A program made the translations under genes and the position numbers. 64,000 bases of DNA, taken from contig CAWJZV010000046.1 of NCBI GenBank assembly GCA_963847445.1, positions 128,001 to 192,000 on the forward strand. The letters run 5' to 3'. Positions 21,680 through 32,166 of the stretch are shown one piece after another; the first letter of the stretch is position 1, and each line of letters begins with the position of its first letter. The notes beneath the pieces are model-generated. The model was given only the letters and a program-made list of their open reading frames with translations, ran no database searches and had not been told where the DNA came from. The stretch comes from an uncultured delta proteobacterium. Its GTDB lineage: Bacteria > Desulfobacterota > Binatia > UBA9968.

Positions 21680-23053
21680 ATGAACACGCAACCACAAATC
21701 TCACCGGTCATGCGTGGGCTGAGCGCTTACGTCGCAGCTGCGCTGCGGCGGCCGTTGCCGCCACCGGTTAACGAAAAAACAAAACATCACATCCTCGATA
21801 CCATCGCCGCGATGATTTCCGGTTCGCGGCTCGCGCCGGGGATGAAAGCGATCTCGTATGTAAAGAATCTCGGCGGCGCCAAAGAAGCTAGCGTCATTGG
21901 AAGCGGCGTTGTGACCACGGCAGTAAACGCCGCACTGGCCAACGGCATGCTCGCCCACGCCGACGAGACTGACGACTCCCACGCGCCTTCGCTGACTCAT
22001 CCGGGATGTGGCATTGTGCCGGCGGCGCTGGCCATGGCCGAGCGGGAGCAGCGTCATGGCGCGGCGCTGCTCCGCGCCGTCGCGCTCGGCTATGACGTGG
22101 GCTGCCGGTTGACGCAGTCTCTGAACGCCCACCAGTTCCGCGAGGACGGCCATTCAACGCATAGTTTTGGGCCGATGTTCGGTGCCGCCGCGGCGGCCGG
22201 CGCGCTGGCGGGATTACGCGAGCGTCAAGTTCGCCATCTGCTTTCATTCACGGCGCAGCAGGCGTCGGGCATATCGTGTTGGATGCGCGACGGCGACCAT
22301 ATCGAAAAGTCTTTCGACTTCGGCGGCATGCCGGCGCGCAATGGCGTCGCCGCGGCGACGATGGTCGCTCATGGTTTTACCGGCGTCGATGATGTATTCG
22401 CCGGCGAGGGCAATTTTTTTGTCGCCTACGGCCGCAAGCCGGAGCCGGCGCGGCTGGTGAGCGGCCTCGGCGTCGAGTTTGAAATCATGAATACCAACAT
22501 CAAGCGCTGGTCGGTGGGCTCGCCGATCCAGGCGCCGCTCGACGCGCTGCACGAACTGATTCGCGAGCACAGAATTACTGCCGCCGATATTGACAGGGTG
22601 GTCGTGCGAGTTTCCCATCAAGGCGCCAATACCGTCGACAACCGCGACATGCCCGACATTTGCATGCAGCATATGTGCGCCGTCATGTTGGTCGACGGCA
22701 AGGTCACGTTCCGATCGTCGCACGATGAGAAGCGCATGCGCGATCGCGCGGTTCTAGCGCTGCGGAGCCGGATCGAGCTTCGCGGCGACGACGCGCTGAC
22801 GGCAGCGATGCCGAGCCGAGAAGGCATCGTCGAGATTGCGCTGCGCGATGGCCGCAAGTTCGGCCATCACACCAAAGCCGTCCGCGGCGCCGCCAACAAT
22901 CCGATGACACGCGCCGAAGTGGACGAGAAAAGCTACGATCTAATCGAGCCGGTGATCGGCAAGTTAAAAGCGCGCAAACTGTGCGACGCGATCTGGCAGC
23001 TGGAGAAACTGTCCGACGTGCGCAGCCTGCGGCCGCTGTTGCGCGCTCGATGA
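21680..23053 (+). CDS. MmgE/PrpD family protein
   Basis: ALANGMLAHADETDDSH..THPG, ALGYDVGCRL, NIKRWSVGSPIQ, RGAANNPMT. Confidence 0.9.
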   Translation: MNTQPQISPVMRGLSAYVAAALRRPLPPPVNEKTKHHILDTIAAMISGSRLAPGMKAISYVKNLGGAKEASVIGSGVVTTAVNAALANGMLAHADETDDSHAPSLTHPGCGIVPAALAMAEREQRHGAALLRAVALGYDVGCRLTQSLNAHQFREDGHSTHSFGPMFGAAAAAGALAGLRERQVRHLLSFTAQQASGISCWMRDGDHIEKSFDFGGMPARNGVAAATMVAHGFTGVDDVFAGEGNFFVAYGRKPEPARLVSGLGVEFEIMNTNIKRWSVGSPIQAPLDALHELIREHRITAADIDRVVVRVSHQGANTVDNRDMPDICMQHMCAVMLVDGKVTFRSSHDEKRMRDRAVLALRSRIELRGDDALTAAMPSREGIVEIALRDGRKFGHHTKAVRGAANNPMTRAEVDEKSYDLIEPVIGKLKARKLCDAIWQLEKLSDVRSLRPLLRAR

Positions 23054-23800
23054 CCGCATCGGTTAAATCGCGCCTAACGTCAATCCTGCTACGTCAAATC
23101 TAGGTCCGTGCAGAATTAATTCCCGAAAAAACCTCTGAGGTCGCGGGATAGCAGTGACCGATAGCAATGATCGATCGCGGTCGCCGCCATGACATTGGCG
23201 CGGTAAGTCGGTGGTGCGATTTGCGCAGGCGCCGGCTGATGGCGATGTTCGGCGCGGACTGGCGCGATCCCACACGTTAGTTAGGACCTGATTCTCAACA
23301 TGGCCAGGATGAGCCGACAAGGAGCCAAGCTCGTGACCCATCGAGGCTGCTGGTCTCGCGAATTTCAACCAACCACCGTAATAATAGAATGATGCGAATT
23401 TTTGCCGCCCCGGCGCACGGACGGCGTCTGTCGATGAGTCAAAGAGATCGTTCTCGAACGTGATTTGGTGGTCGATTAGTTTTGCGCTATCGAATGACCG
23501 CCGCCTCCAAGCAGGCCTTTGACGACTTCGCTCGGGTGGCTCGTGTTCATGCGACACTGAGCTTTGACTAAAAAATTATCCCATGCGAAGGTCGATATAA
23601 AAGCCCATCAAGGAGAGATTCTAGCGCGGGAACGATACTCCATTGGGTCTCGAAGGATCACAGCGCTGACCAGATTGGCAATATTCCCGGAGTAAAAAAT
23701 GTCCGCGCGGATCTGACCAATCTCCCGCCTAACCTCGGATTCGACGTCTAGCCGGGAGTGTAAACGAGCCACTGCGAGCCAAGTTTCTCGGAGGTGTTCC

Positions 23801-24661
23801 ATGCTATCGAACAAAGTCAGTGAGATTATGGCGACCGATCTGGTATCGGCTTCCGCCTCAAGCACGGTACATGAGGTCATCGAGCAGATGGTTGCCCGCG
23901 ATGTCGGACGGATCATCATTATTCGCGACGATCTCCCCGTGGGGATTTTTACCGAACGGCATGTGCTCAAACATGTCGCGAATGACAAACTCGATCCGCA
24001 GCGCACCTCGGTTGACAAGGTCATGACCTCGCCGTTTCGCGCGGTGGCTCAAGACACTCGCATCGTCGATGCATTGGGCGAGATGATCAAAGGGAAAATT
24101 CGCCACCTTCAGGTGCTTGGCACGAGGGATAACATTATCGGGATTGTTTCCATGCGGCGAATTCTCGAAATCGCCGTGGAGCTCGGTCATGATCTGGGCG
24201 AAACCCAAACCATCGGCAACATCATCACACCAGCGCCGTTGTCGATGGACGAATCCGAATCGGTCTGGGACGCCGTCGAGCTCATGAATCGACGAGCCGC
24301 GGGCGCCGTCGTCGTGACCTCGGCGCTGAAACCAGTCGGCCTCTTTACCGAACGCGATGTTTTGAATCGGGTTGTCGCCAAGCAGCTTGACGGGACAAAG
24401 ACGCTGCTTAAGCAAGTCATGAGCTCACCCTTGATCGCCATGCCGGTCACCGCCCTCGTCGGACAAGTCCTGGGAGAAATGTACCGCCGGGATATTCGCA
24501 ACATGCCGATCATCGGTGCATCGGATCAACTGGCCGGCCTGGTTTCGATGCCAGACGTCTTGCAGTACGCGCGCGCCTTCGATATCGACGAAGAAGTTCG
24601 GCGCACATGGAAGGAAATCCGCAACTTCTACGACTCGCAGGATAATTATACGCCGGGATAA
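23801..24661 (+). CDS. Stand-alone four-CBS-domain protein
   Basis: Two CBS pairs (VGIFTERH..KIRHLQV..GIVSMR and VGLFTERD..DIRNMPI..GLVSMPD); RBS GGAGG. Confidence 0.88.
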   Translation: MLSNKVSEIMATDLVSASASSTVHEVIEQMVARDVGRIIIIRDDLPVGIFTERHVLKHVANDKLDPQRTSVDKVMTSPFRAVAQDTRIVDALGEMIKGKIRHLQVLGTRDNIIGIVSMRRILEIAVELGHDLGETQTIGNIITPAPLSMDESESVWDAVELMNRRAAGAVVVTSALKPVGLFTERDVLNRVVAKQLDGTKTLLKQVMSSPLIAMPVTALVGQVLGEMYRRDIRNMPIIGASDQLAGLVSMPDVLQYARAFDIDEEVRRTWKEIRNFYDSQDNYTPG

Positions 24662-24809
24662 GCGCCAGGAGGCGCTCGTGCAACAGTGGGAGCGTCGAGA
24701 GACTGAATTCTTGAGATATCATCATCGACTCAGGGTTGTCGGCCCTTCCGTACGATACCGGTTGGGTTCAGATGAGATTTCAACTCATCATCGGACCGGC
24801 GAGCCGCGA

Positions 24810-25802
24810 TCAATCGCGGAAATGCGGGATGACGCTTTTGGCGAAAGCGTCAACCGTTTCAGTGTAGACGGTGCGCGCCGGGGTGAGCATCAAATGTTCG
24901 ACACCGGCGGCTTTTAGTTCTTCGATGCGCTCGATGCATTCCTTTGGGCTTCCCGCGATGGAGAAGCGCTGAATCAGATAGTCGTTCACTAGATCTGGGT
25001 CGACTCGGTCTTCCATCGGCTTCATGACATCGAAGCCGGCCATAAACTGCTTGATGCCGTCGAGTTCATCCGGTGGTACGGTTTCGTAGGTGAAACGAAA
25101 ATTATGGTGGGCGCGGTTGGCCAGGCGGTTGCGGACGATCTTGCGCGCTTTGTTGCCGTCTTCGTCGACGCAGAGCATGCCGGCGGCGATGACTTTGATT
25201 TCTCCCTCTTGCCGTCCCGCTTCTTTGGCGCCTTCGCGGATCTTCTGTTGCGCCCAATGATAGACGCGCAGATCGAAGCCGGTGCCGAGGATCACACCGT
25301 CGGCGCTGCGGCCGGCGAGCTGCAAGCCCTTGGGGCCTTCGGCGGAAACATAAATCGGCGCCGGCTGGTTGATCTTGAAGCCGATACCGACCTTGCCGGT
25401 GGAAAAGGTTTCGGCACCGCCGCGCACCAAATTCCGAATGGTCTTGATGCCGACTTCAAAATCCTTCATCGGCATGGCTTTCAAGCCTTGCGTGTAGACC
25501 GGGCCATCGCCGGTGCCGAGACCCATGATGGCGCGGCCTTTGGAAATCTCATTCAATGACGCGGCCGCGCCGGCGATCACGGTGGGGTGGCGGAACACGA
25601 TGTTGGTGACAGCGATGCCGAGTAGCACACGCTTAGTGAGCATGGCGCAGCTCGCCAGGGTCTGAAAAGAGTCGATGGAACTCAGATGGCTCTCGCCGAG
25701 AAAGATGCCGTCCCAACCGAGCTCTTCGGCGCGCACGGCGCGCTTATGGATTTCGTCGATATTCTTAACGCCGCCGTGCAGGCTGTGAATGCTGAATTTC
25801 AT
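24810..25802 (-). CDS. LLM-class (luciferase-like, Mer-type) flavin-dependent oxidoreductase
   Basis: RAEELGWDGIFLGESH, LGIAVTN..RHPTVIA, GRAIMGLGTGD, EGPKGLQLAGRSADGVIL, IAGSPKECIERI. Confidence 0.88.
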   Translation of the reverse strand: MKFSIHSLHGGVKNIDEIHKRAVRAEELGWDGIFLGESHLSSIDSFQTLASCAMLTKRVLLGIAVTNIVFRHPTVIAGAAASLNEISKGRAIMGLGTGDGPVYTQGLKAMPMKDFEVGIKTIRNLVRGGAETFSTGKVGIGFKINQPAPIYVSAEGPKGLQLAGRSADGVILGTGFDLRVYHWAQQKIREGAKEAGRQEGEIKVIAAGMLCVDEDGNKARKIVRNRLANRAHHNFRFTYETVPPDELDGIKQFMAGFDVMKPMEDRVDPDLVNDYLIQRFSIAGSPKECIERIEELKAAGVEHLMLTPARTVYTETVDAFAKSVIPHFRD

Positions 25803-25897
25803 GTCGGTCGCTCCGGAGCTTTAATCACAAACTGCCCAACATGGCGGAGCCGCAAAAGGGCGTGAAAAAAGCGCAGCCTGCTTTGCTCGGGTTCGCC

Positions 25898-26719
25898 TCA
25901 TTCATTGGGAGAATTGCTACCAGAGCGCATCCCGTTGCCCAGGGTGCAACCGGCTCGTAGGCGATCACTTCGGCTTTCCAGCTTTGCACCGCACCGGCGA
26001 GGGCGATCCAGGTTCTGATTTCGTGGCCGCCGGAGCCGGCTTCGCTGTTGATCTCGTCGTGGCTGTAGGCGGTCAATTGATGATGATCGCCGGTGATTAA
26101 GATTCTCCAGAAACTTTTTGTCGAACGGTATATTGATCCGGCCATGCTGCGCTTCGCCGGGCCAATGGGATAGGCCGCCGGTGGCGATCAGCGCGATTCT
26201 TTTTTCGCTCCGTTGTAAAACCTTGCCGAGGAACTCGCCGAAGGCGAAGCAGCGTTTTGCCGTTGGCATCGGCGGTGTCAGGGCGTTGATGATCACCGGC
26301 ACCACCGGCAGCGCCATGTGGGGATTCAAAAAGTGCAGCGGCAAAAACGTCGCGTGGTCGAACAAGAGCTCGTCGGAAAACAGCGGATCGAAGCCGCTGT
26401 CGAGGCAGGCGTCGATCAGTTCCGCCGATAGTTCGGCATCGCCGGGGACGCGGGCTTTGGGGATGCGCAGCCATTCTTCAATCGGTCCGTCGTAGTGGTC
26501 GGCGCGGCCGATGCAAAAGGTCGGCATGCAGTTGAGAAAAAAATTGGCCCAATGCTCGACGGTGAGGGCGACGATGGTATCCGGCTTCGCTGCCGCCAGC
26601 CGTTCGCCCAGTCTGCGGTAGCTGCCGAGAAATTTATCCGCTTGTTGCTTGGGCGCGGCTTCGGTCCAAGCGGTCATGCCTGGAGCGTGGCTGGCGGCGC
26701 AGGCAAATACGATCGGCAT
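25898..26719 (-). CDS. Class III extradiol ring-cleavage dioxygenase, catalytic (LigB/MhpB-like) subunit; frameshift near 26090
   Basis: AASHAP, EHWANFF, LLFDHATFLPL, IATGGLSHWPG..GRINIPFDKKFL, AGSGGHEIRTWI. Confidence 0.88.
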   Translation of the reverse strand: MPIVFACAASHAPGMTAWTEAAPKQQADKFLGSYRRLGERLAAAKPDTIVALTVEHWANFFLNCMPTFCIGRADHYDGPIEEWLRIPKARVPGDAELSAELIDACLDSGFDPLFSDELLFDHATFLPLHFLNPHMALPVVPVIINALTPPMPTAKRCFAFGEFLGKVLQRSEKRIALIATGGLSHWPGEAQHGRINIPFDKKFLENLNHRRSSSIDRLQPRRDQQRSRLRRPRNQNLDRPRRCGAKLESRSDRLRAGCTLGNGMRSGSNSPNE

Positions 26720-26722
26720 AGG

Positions 26723-26978
26723 TCAGACCAATCCTTTCAGCGCTTTGGCATAGTCTTCGTTGGAGACTTTGTTGAGCAAGGTAAACGGCCGCAGCAGCAG
26801 CGAGTGGACGCCCATGGTGTACAGGGCGCGCACGTCGACGTTGAGAACCGCCGCGCTTTCTGCCGCGGTCAGATCGTATTTCTTGACTGAACGCACCGGC
26901 GTCTTGGCGATAATGCTCGCGCCGCTCGGCATCGCGATTCACATGATAGATCAGTTTTTGCACTTGGTAGAGGCTCAT
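26723..26978 (-). CDS. LigA-like small subunit of ring-cleavage dioxygenase; frameshift near 26895
   Basis: MSLYQVQKLIYHVNRD..YDLTAAESAAVLNVDVRALYTMGVHSLLLRPF; immediately upstream of the LigB-like gene. Confidence 0.8.
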
Positions 26979-26983
26979 AGGGT

Positions 26984-28078
26984 TTAGTCCAGTTTCAGGT
27001 GCAGCCAGTCGACGACGGTTTTCAAGATATTGGGAATCGCGCCCATGTGGCCGCCGGGGAACAAGACGAATTGTCTTCGGGCTACCATGTTCGAGCAACA
27101 AATAAAAATCCTCCAGCGGTACCTGCTTGTCTTCCTTGCCGTTGACGATCAGCAGCGGCGCGCAGGGCTGGTCGAGCAGCCCGGGATCTTTGAGCGACAA
27201 GCGCCGGCATCACCGCGCACAGCTCGTCGAAAGTTTTTTTGCCGAAAAGATTGGCGCGCGCTTCGATCAGATCGAAAAGATAGGAGTCGGCATGGCGCGA
27301 GCGCTCCTGCCACTCGGGTTGAAAGAAATAATGAATGCCGCCGCCCCAGTTGACCGCGGCGCGCAGTTTGTCCGGCGCCAGATGGGCAAGCTTGGTCGAC
27401 CAGTGGCCGCCGAAGCTGGCGCCGACGACGGCGATCTTGTCGGCGTCGACTTCGGGCCGTTTGAGCAGATACTCCAGCACGGCCAAGTGCACTTGATGGG
27501 CGTCCGGTCCGGCGAGCATCGGACATTCGCCGGTGCCGGGGCTGTCGATGATGAAACAGCCCCAACCTTCCTTGACGAAATTCTCGCCGAAGGAGTGGCG
27601 CTCTTCTTTCCAGTTGTCGATGCCGCCCCAGTGCATGATCATCGGCGCCGGCAGTTGTCTTCGGCAGGCGCAGATGGCCGACGATGGCTTTGCCCTGGAA
27701 CGGGATCGAAACTTTTTCCACCGGGATGTCGAAATATTTCGACGCGGCGAGAAACATCTCGCGGGTCTTCAAATAGCCGTGATGTTTCCCCGGCGTGCTC
27801 GGAAAGGGATGGCGGGCGATGCCGTAGTAGCCGTAGGATTTCAAATAGGCCGACTTGGCCTCGGCAGCATTGCCGGCTTTCTCGGCGGTCTTGGCTTGGT
27901 CTTCCCATTTTGCCCCAAGCTCGTTCCACGCCGCCGCCCAAGTCTCGCCTTCGAAGTCGGCCATCCTGGCCAGCGCCTGTTCCGACTCGGCTTTGTCGGC
28001 GTGGAGAAACGGCGCGCGGTGGCCGACCCGTTCGCGGATATCGTTTTTTACTTCTTCAATCGTTCTCGGTGCGCTCAT
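26984..28078 (-). CDS. Alpha/beta hydrolase (FrsA / 2,6-dihydroxypseudooxynicotine hydrolase-like); frameshifted
   Basis: WGGIDNWKEE, DSPGTGE, nucleophile GASFGG, LLIVNGKEDKQVP, PGGHMG. Confidence 0.8.
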
Positions 28079-28313
28079 AAAAACTTCCTTTGACTCTATC
28101 TAATGCGCAAACGCGGTTCAGGTCAATCGCCTAGGTCGATCCCGCGCTGCGCAGTCTCCTATCCAAGCCATAACTTTGTTTGAGTATCTCCCGGTAAAAT
28201 CGCCGCTCTTGCTGTTGACCTTTCCAATTCTCCATGTCATCCAAATGTTCAGTTAGTCATTTACTGGGTTTTTCATTTCGATATAGTTTCCGCAGAAATC
28301 GCGGGGTCCATTC

Positions 28314-29176
28314 ATGGCGACTATCATCGACGGCAAAGCCGTCGCCAAAGAAGTTCAAAAGCAAATCAAGGAAGACGTTGAAGGCTTGGAGCGGCGCTGG
28401 AGCATGGCGCCCGGGTTGGCGGTGGTGTTGGTCGGCGACGATCCGGCGTCGCATATTTATGTGCGCAACAAGGAAAAGGCCTGCAAGGAAGTCGGCATCA
28501 AATCCTTCGAGCATTTCCTCCCGGCGACGGTTTCCGAGAAGGAACTGCTGGCGCTGGTGCACCAACTGAACAAAGACAAACATGTGCATGGCATCCTGGT
28601 GCAATTGCCGCTGCCGCCGCATATTCGTTCGGAAAAAATTCTCAATGCGGTTTCGCCTTACAAAGATGTCGACGGCTTTCATCCGGTCAATCAAGGTAAT
28701 TTGCTCGTCGGCGCGGACGGCTACCGGCCCTGCACGCCGCTCGGTGTGATGAAACTTCTCGAATCGGTGGACTGCGATCCCAAAGGAAAAAACGCCGTGG
28801 TCGTCGGCCGCAGCAATATCGTTGGCAAGCCGGTGGCGCTCATGTTGCTCGAGAAACATGCCACCGTGACGATCTGTCATTCGCGCACCGCGAGTTTGCG
28901 CGACGAAGTCGGCCCGCGGCGATATTGTCGTCGTCGCCATCGGCAAGGCCGGCATCGTGCGCGGCGAGTGGATCAAGCCCGGCGCGGTGGTGATCGACGT
29001 CGGCATCAACCGCTTGCCGAGCGGCAAGCTGTGCGGCGATGTCGAGTTCGAAAGCCGCCAAGGAGCGCGCCTCGGCGATCACTCCGGTGCCGGGCGGTGT
29101 CGGCCCGATGACGATTTGCATGTTGCTCTTCAATACTTTGAAGGCCGCGAAAGACTCTCTCCAGCGTGAACGCTAA
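28314..29176 (+). CDS. folD: Methylenetetrahydrofolate dehydrogenase/cyclohydrolase; frameshifted
   Basis: [67 protein letters not shown]. Confidence 0.95.
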
Positions 29177-29207
29177 AACCATTCATTGGCGATTCCCGGC
29201 GGTGGCC

Positions 29208-30302
29208 GTGGCGCTAAAAAGAACCCCGCTCTACGCCGCGCATCGGCGCGCCGGCGCCAAGATGGTCGAGTTCGCCGGCTGGGAAATGCCGGTGCAGTAC
29301 CGCGGCGTCATCGAAGAGCATCTGGCGGTGCGCAGCAAAGCCGGCCTGTTCGATGTCAGCCATATGGGCGAGATCGAAGTGCGCGGCGCCGGCGCGCTGG
29401 AGTTTTGCCAGCGGCTCACCGCCAACGATGTGGCGCGCTTGCAAGTCTTTCAGGCGCAGTACAGTTTCTTGCTCAACGAGCAGGGCGGCGTGGTCGACGA
29501 TGTGATTATTTACCGGGTCAAGCCCGAGGCTTATTTCATCTGCGTCAATGCTTCGAACATCGACAAGGATTTCGCCTGGCTGTCGCGCCACGCCGGCGCC
29601 GATGTCGAGGTGGACAATCAAAGCGCCATGTACGCCCAGTTGGCGCTGCAGGGGCCGGCGGCGGAGGCGATTCTCCAGCCGTTGACTGGCGCAGCCGCTG
29701 GCACGAGATCAAGTCGTTTCACTTTCGCGTTCGCCGATGTCGCGGCGATTCGCTGCATGGTGGCGCGCACCGGCTACACCGGCGAAGCCGGGATTTGAGC
29801 TTTATTGCCACAGCGATGCCGCGCCGAGCGATTGTGGAATGCGTTGATGGAAGCAGGTGAGTCGCACGGTTTGGTGGCGGTGGGATTGGGCGCGCGCGAT
29901 ACGCTGCGGCTGGAAAAGGCCTATCCGCTTTACGGCCATGAGCTGGATGACACGTACGACGCCGTTGGAAGCGGGTTTGGAGTGGGTGTTGAAGCTTGAC
30001 CAAACCGGCGTTTTTCGGCCGCGATCGCTTGCTCCAACAACAACAGCAAGGGGTGGCGCGCAAGTTGGTTGGGATCGAAGCGCTGGAGCCGGGCATTCCG
30101 CGCGGCGGTTATAGCGTCTTCAAAGACGGCGTCAAAGATCGGCGCGATTACCAGCGGGACGAAGTCGCCGTCCTTGGGCAAGGCGATTGCGTTGGCCTAT
30201 GTTGCCAGCGCTGAGGCGCGGATCGATAATCGCCTCGATGTCGAAATTCGTGGCCGGAAGATTCCGGTAAAAATAGTTTCATTGCCATTTTATCGCCGTT
30301 AG
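29208..30302 (+). CDS. gcvT: Glycine cleavage system aminomethyltransferase T; several frameshifts
   Basis: [55 protein letters not shown]. Confidence 0.93.
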
Positions 30303-30339
30303 CGGCGCAGCCATATAGGATCATGAAGGAGGTCATGCG

Positions 30340-30804
30340 ATGGAGTTTCCCGAAGGGCTAAAATATTCCAAAGAACATGAATGGGTGCTGGTCGAAGGCA
30401 CCAGTGCGACCATCGGTATCACCGAGTACGCCCAAGAAGAGCTGGGCGATATTGTTTTTGTCGAGCTGCCGGAAGTGGGCGAGAAGATCGTCAAGGACGA
30501 TCCCTTCGGCGCGGTGGAGTCGGTCAAGGCGGTGTCGGATATCTACGCGCCGGTGAGCGGCGAGGTGGTGGAGACCAACGAAATCTTGCCGGACAATCCC
30601 GAGACCATTAACGACGATCCCTACGGCGATGGCTGGATGGTGCGCGTCGAGTTATCCGATATCGACGATCTCAAGGATCTGATGGACGCCGACGAATACG
30701 CCGAGTATGTCGCGCAGCAAAAAGAGGACGACGACGAGGAAGACGACGACGAGGATGAGGACGATGACGAAGCAGAGAACGAGGACGAAGACAAAGACAA
30801 GTAG
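30340..30804 (+). CDS. gcvH: Glycine cleavage system H protein with acidic C-terminal tail
   Basis: [27 protein letters not shown], lipoyl motif [20 protein letters not shown]. Confidence 0.95.
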   Translation: MEFPEGLKYSKEHEWVLVEGTSATIGITEYAQEELGDIVFVELPEVGEKIVKDDPFGAVESVKAVSDIYAPVSGEVVETNEILPDNPETINDDPYGDGWMVRVELSDIDDLKDLMDADEYAEYVAQQKEDDDEEDDDEDEDDDEAENEDEDKDK

Positions 30805-30813
30805 CGTACGCTG

Positions 30814-32166
30814 ATGCGTTACACCCCCCATACGGGCGCTGACAAAGAGCGCATGCTGCGGGAAATTGGCTGCGCCGCAGTCGAAGATCTCTATCGTCAT
30901 GTGCCGCAGTCGTTGCGCGATCAGCGCGGCGATCGGCCTTCCCGCCGGATTGACCGAGCTGGCAGGTGCGCCGGCGCATGGCCGCTCTGGCGGCACGCAA
31001 TGACTCGGCGGCTGACTGGAGATTTTTTCCTCGGCGGCGGCATCTACCATCATTTCATTCCCAGCGCGGTGGATGCGACCATCTCGCGTGCGGAATTTTC
31101 GACTTCGTACACGCCGTATCAGCCCGAGGTCAGCCAGGGCACGCTGCAGGCGCTGTTCGAGTACCAGACGCTGATTTGCCAACTCACCGGCATGGAAGTC
31201 TCGAATGCGGCGGTCTACGATGGCGCTTCCGCGGTCGCCGAGGCGGTTCTGATGTCGCGGCGCATTCAACCGGCCAAAAAGCGCCGCGTGCTGATGTCGC
31301 GGGCGCTGCACCCGCAGTACCGTGCCGTGGTGGCGACCTATCTGAAAAATCTTGACGACGTTCGCCTCGAAGAGGTTCCTTTCGACGCTGGCCGCGGCGC
31401 GACGGACTTTGACCAACTCAAGCGCCTGCTCGATGACCAAACCATGTGCGTGCTCTTGGGCTATCCGAATTTTTTCGGCGTGATCGAAGATCCGGCGCCG
31501 ATCCGGGCGGCATGCGACAGCGTCGGCGCCCACCTGGTCACGGTCACTAGCGAGCCCTTGTCGCTGGCGCTGTTAAAGCCGCCGGGCGAGTTCGGCGCCG
31601 ATATCGCGGTGGGCGAGGGACAGAGCTTGGGCGTGCCGATGAGTCTCGGCGGGCCGGCTTTCGGATTTTTCGCCTGCCAGAAAAAGTTCGTCAGAAATAT
31701 CCCAGGGCGATTGGTCGGTGAGACTGTCGACAGTGAAGGACGGCGCGGTTTTGTCTTGACTCTCGCCACCCGCGAGCAGCATATCCGGCGCGAGAAGGCG
31801 ACCTCGAATATTTGCACCAGTCAGACTTTGTGCGCCCTTGCCGCCACCGTGTACATGGCACTGCTGGGCAAATCGGGATTGCGCCGCATCGCCGAGATCA
31901 ACGTCGCCCGCGCCCATGACGCCAAAGCGCAGTTATTGCGGCAGCCCGGATTTAAGCCGATGTTCTCCGGACCCTTCTTCAACGAATTCGTTTTGCAGTC
32001 GGAGAATCTGTCGCAGCTTTTCGCCGACTGCGCGGCGCAGAGAATCGTGCCGGGTATCCCTTGGCGCAATGGTATCCCGAGCTGAAAGACAGCTTTCCTC
32101 ATGTGCGTGACCGAAATGAACGAGCGAGAGGAGATCGATCGCCTTGTCCGAACCAGCGCAGGATAA
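30814..32166 (+). CDS. gcvPA: Glycine dehydrogenase subunit A; frameshifted
   Basis: MRYTPHT, FLGGGIY, SYTPYQPEVSQGTLQALFEYQ, TREQHIRREKATSNICT. Confidence 0.93.

Noticed and set aside
28079-28313. Glycine riboswitch upstream of the folD-gcv operon
   Set aside because: I could not find the conserved GGAGA..CCGAAG..CTCTCAGG aptamer elements here or before gcvT.
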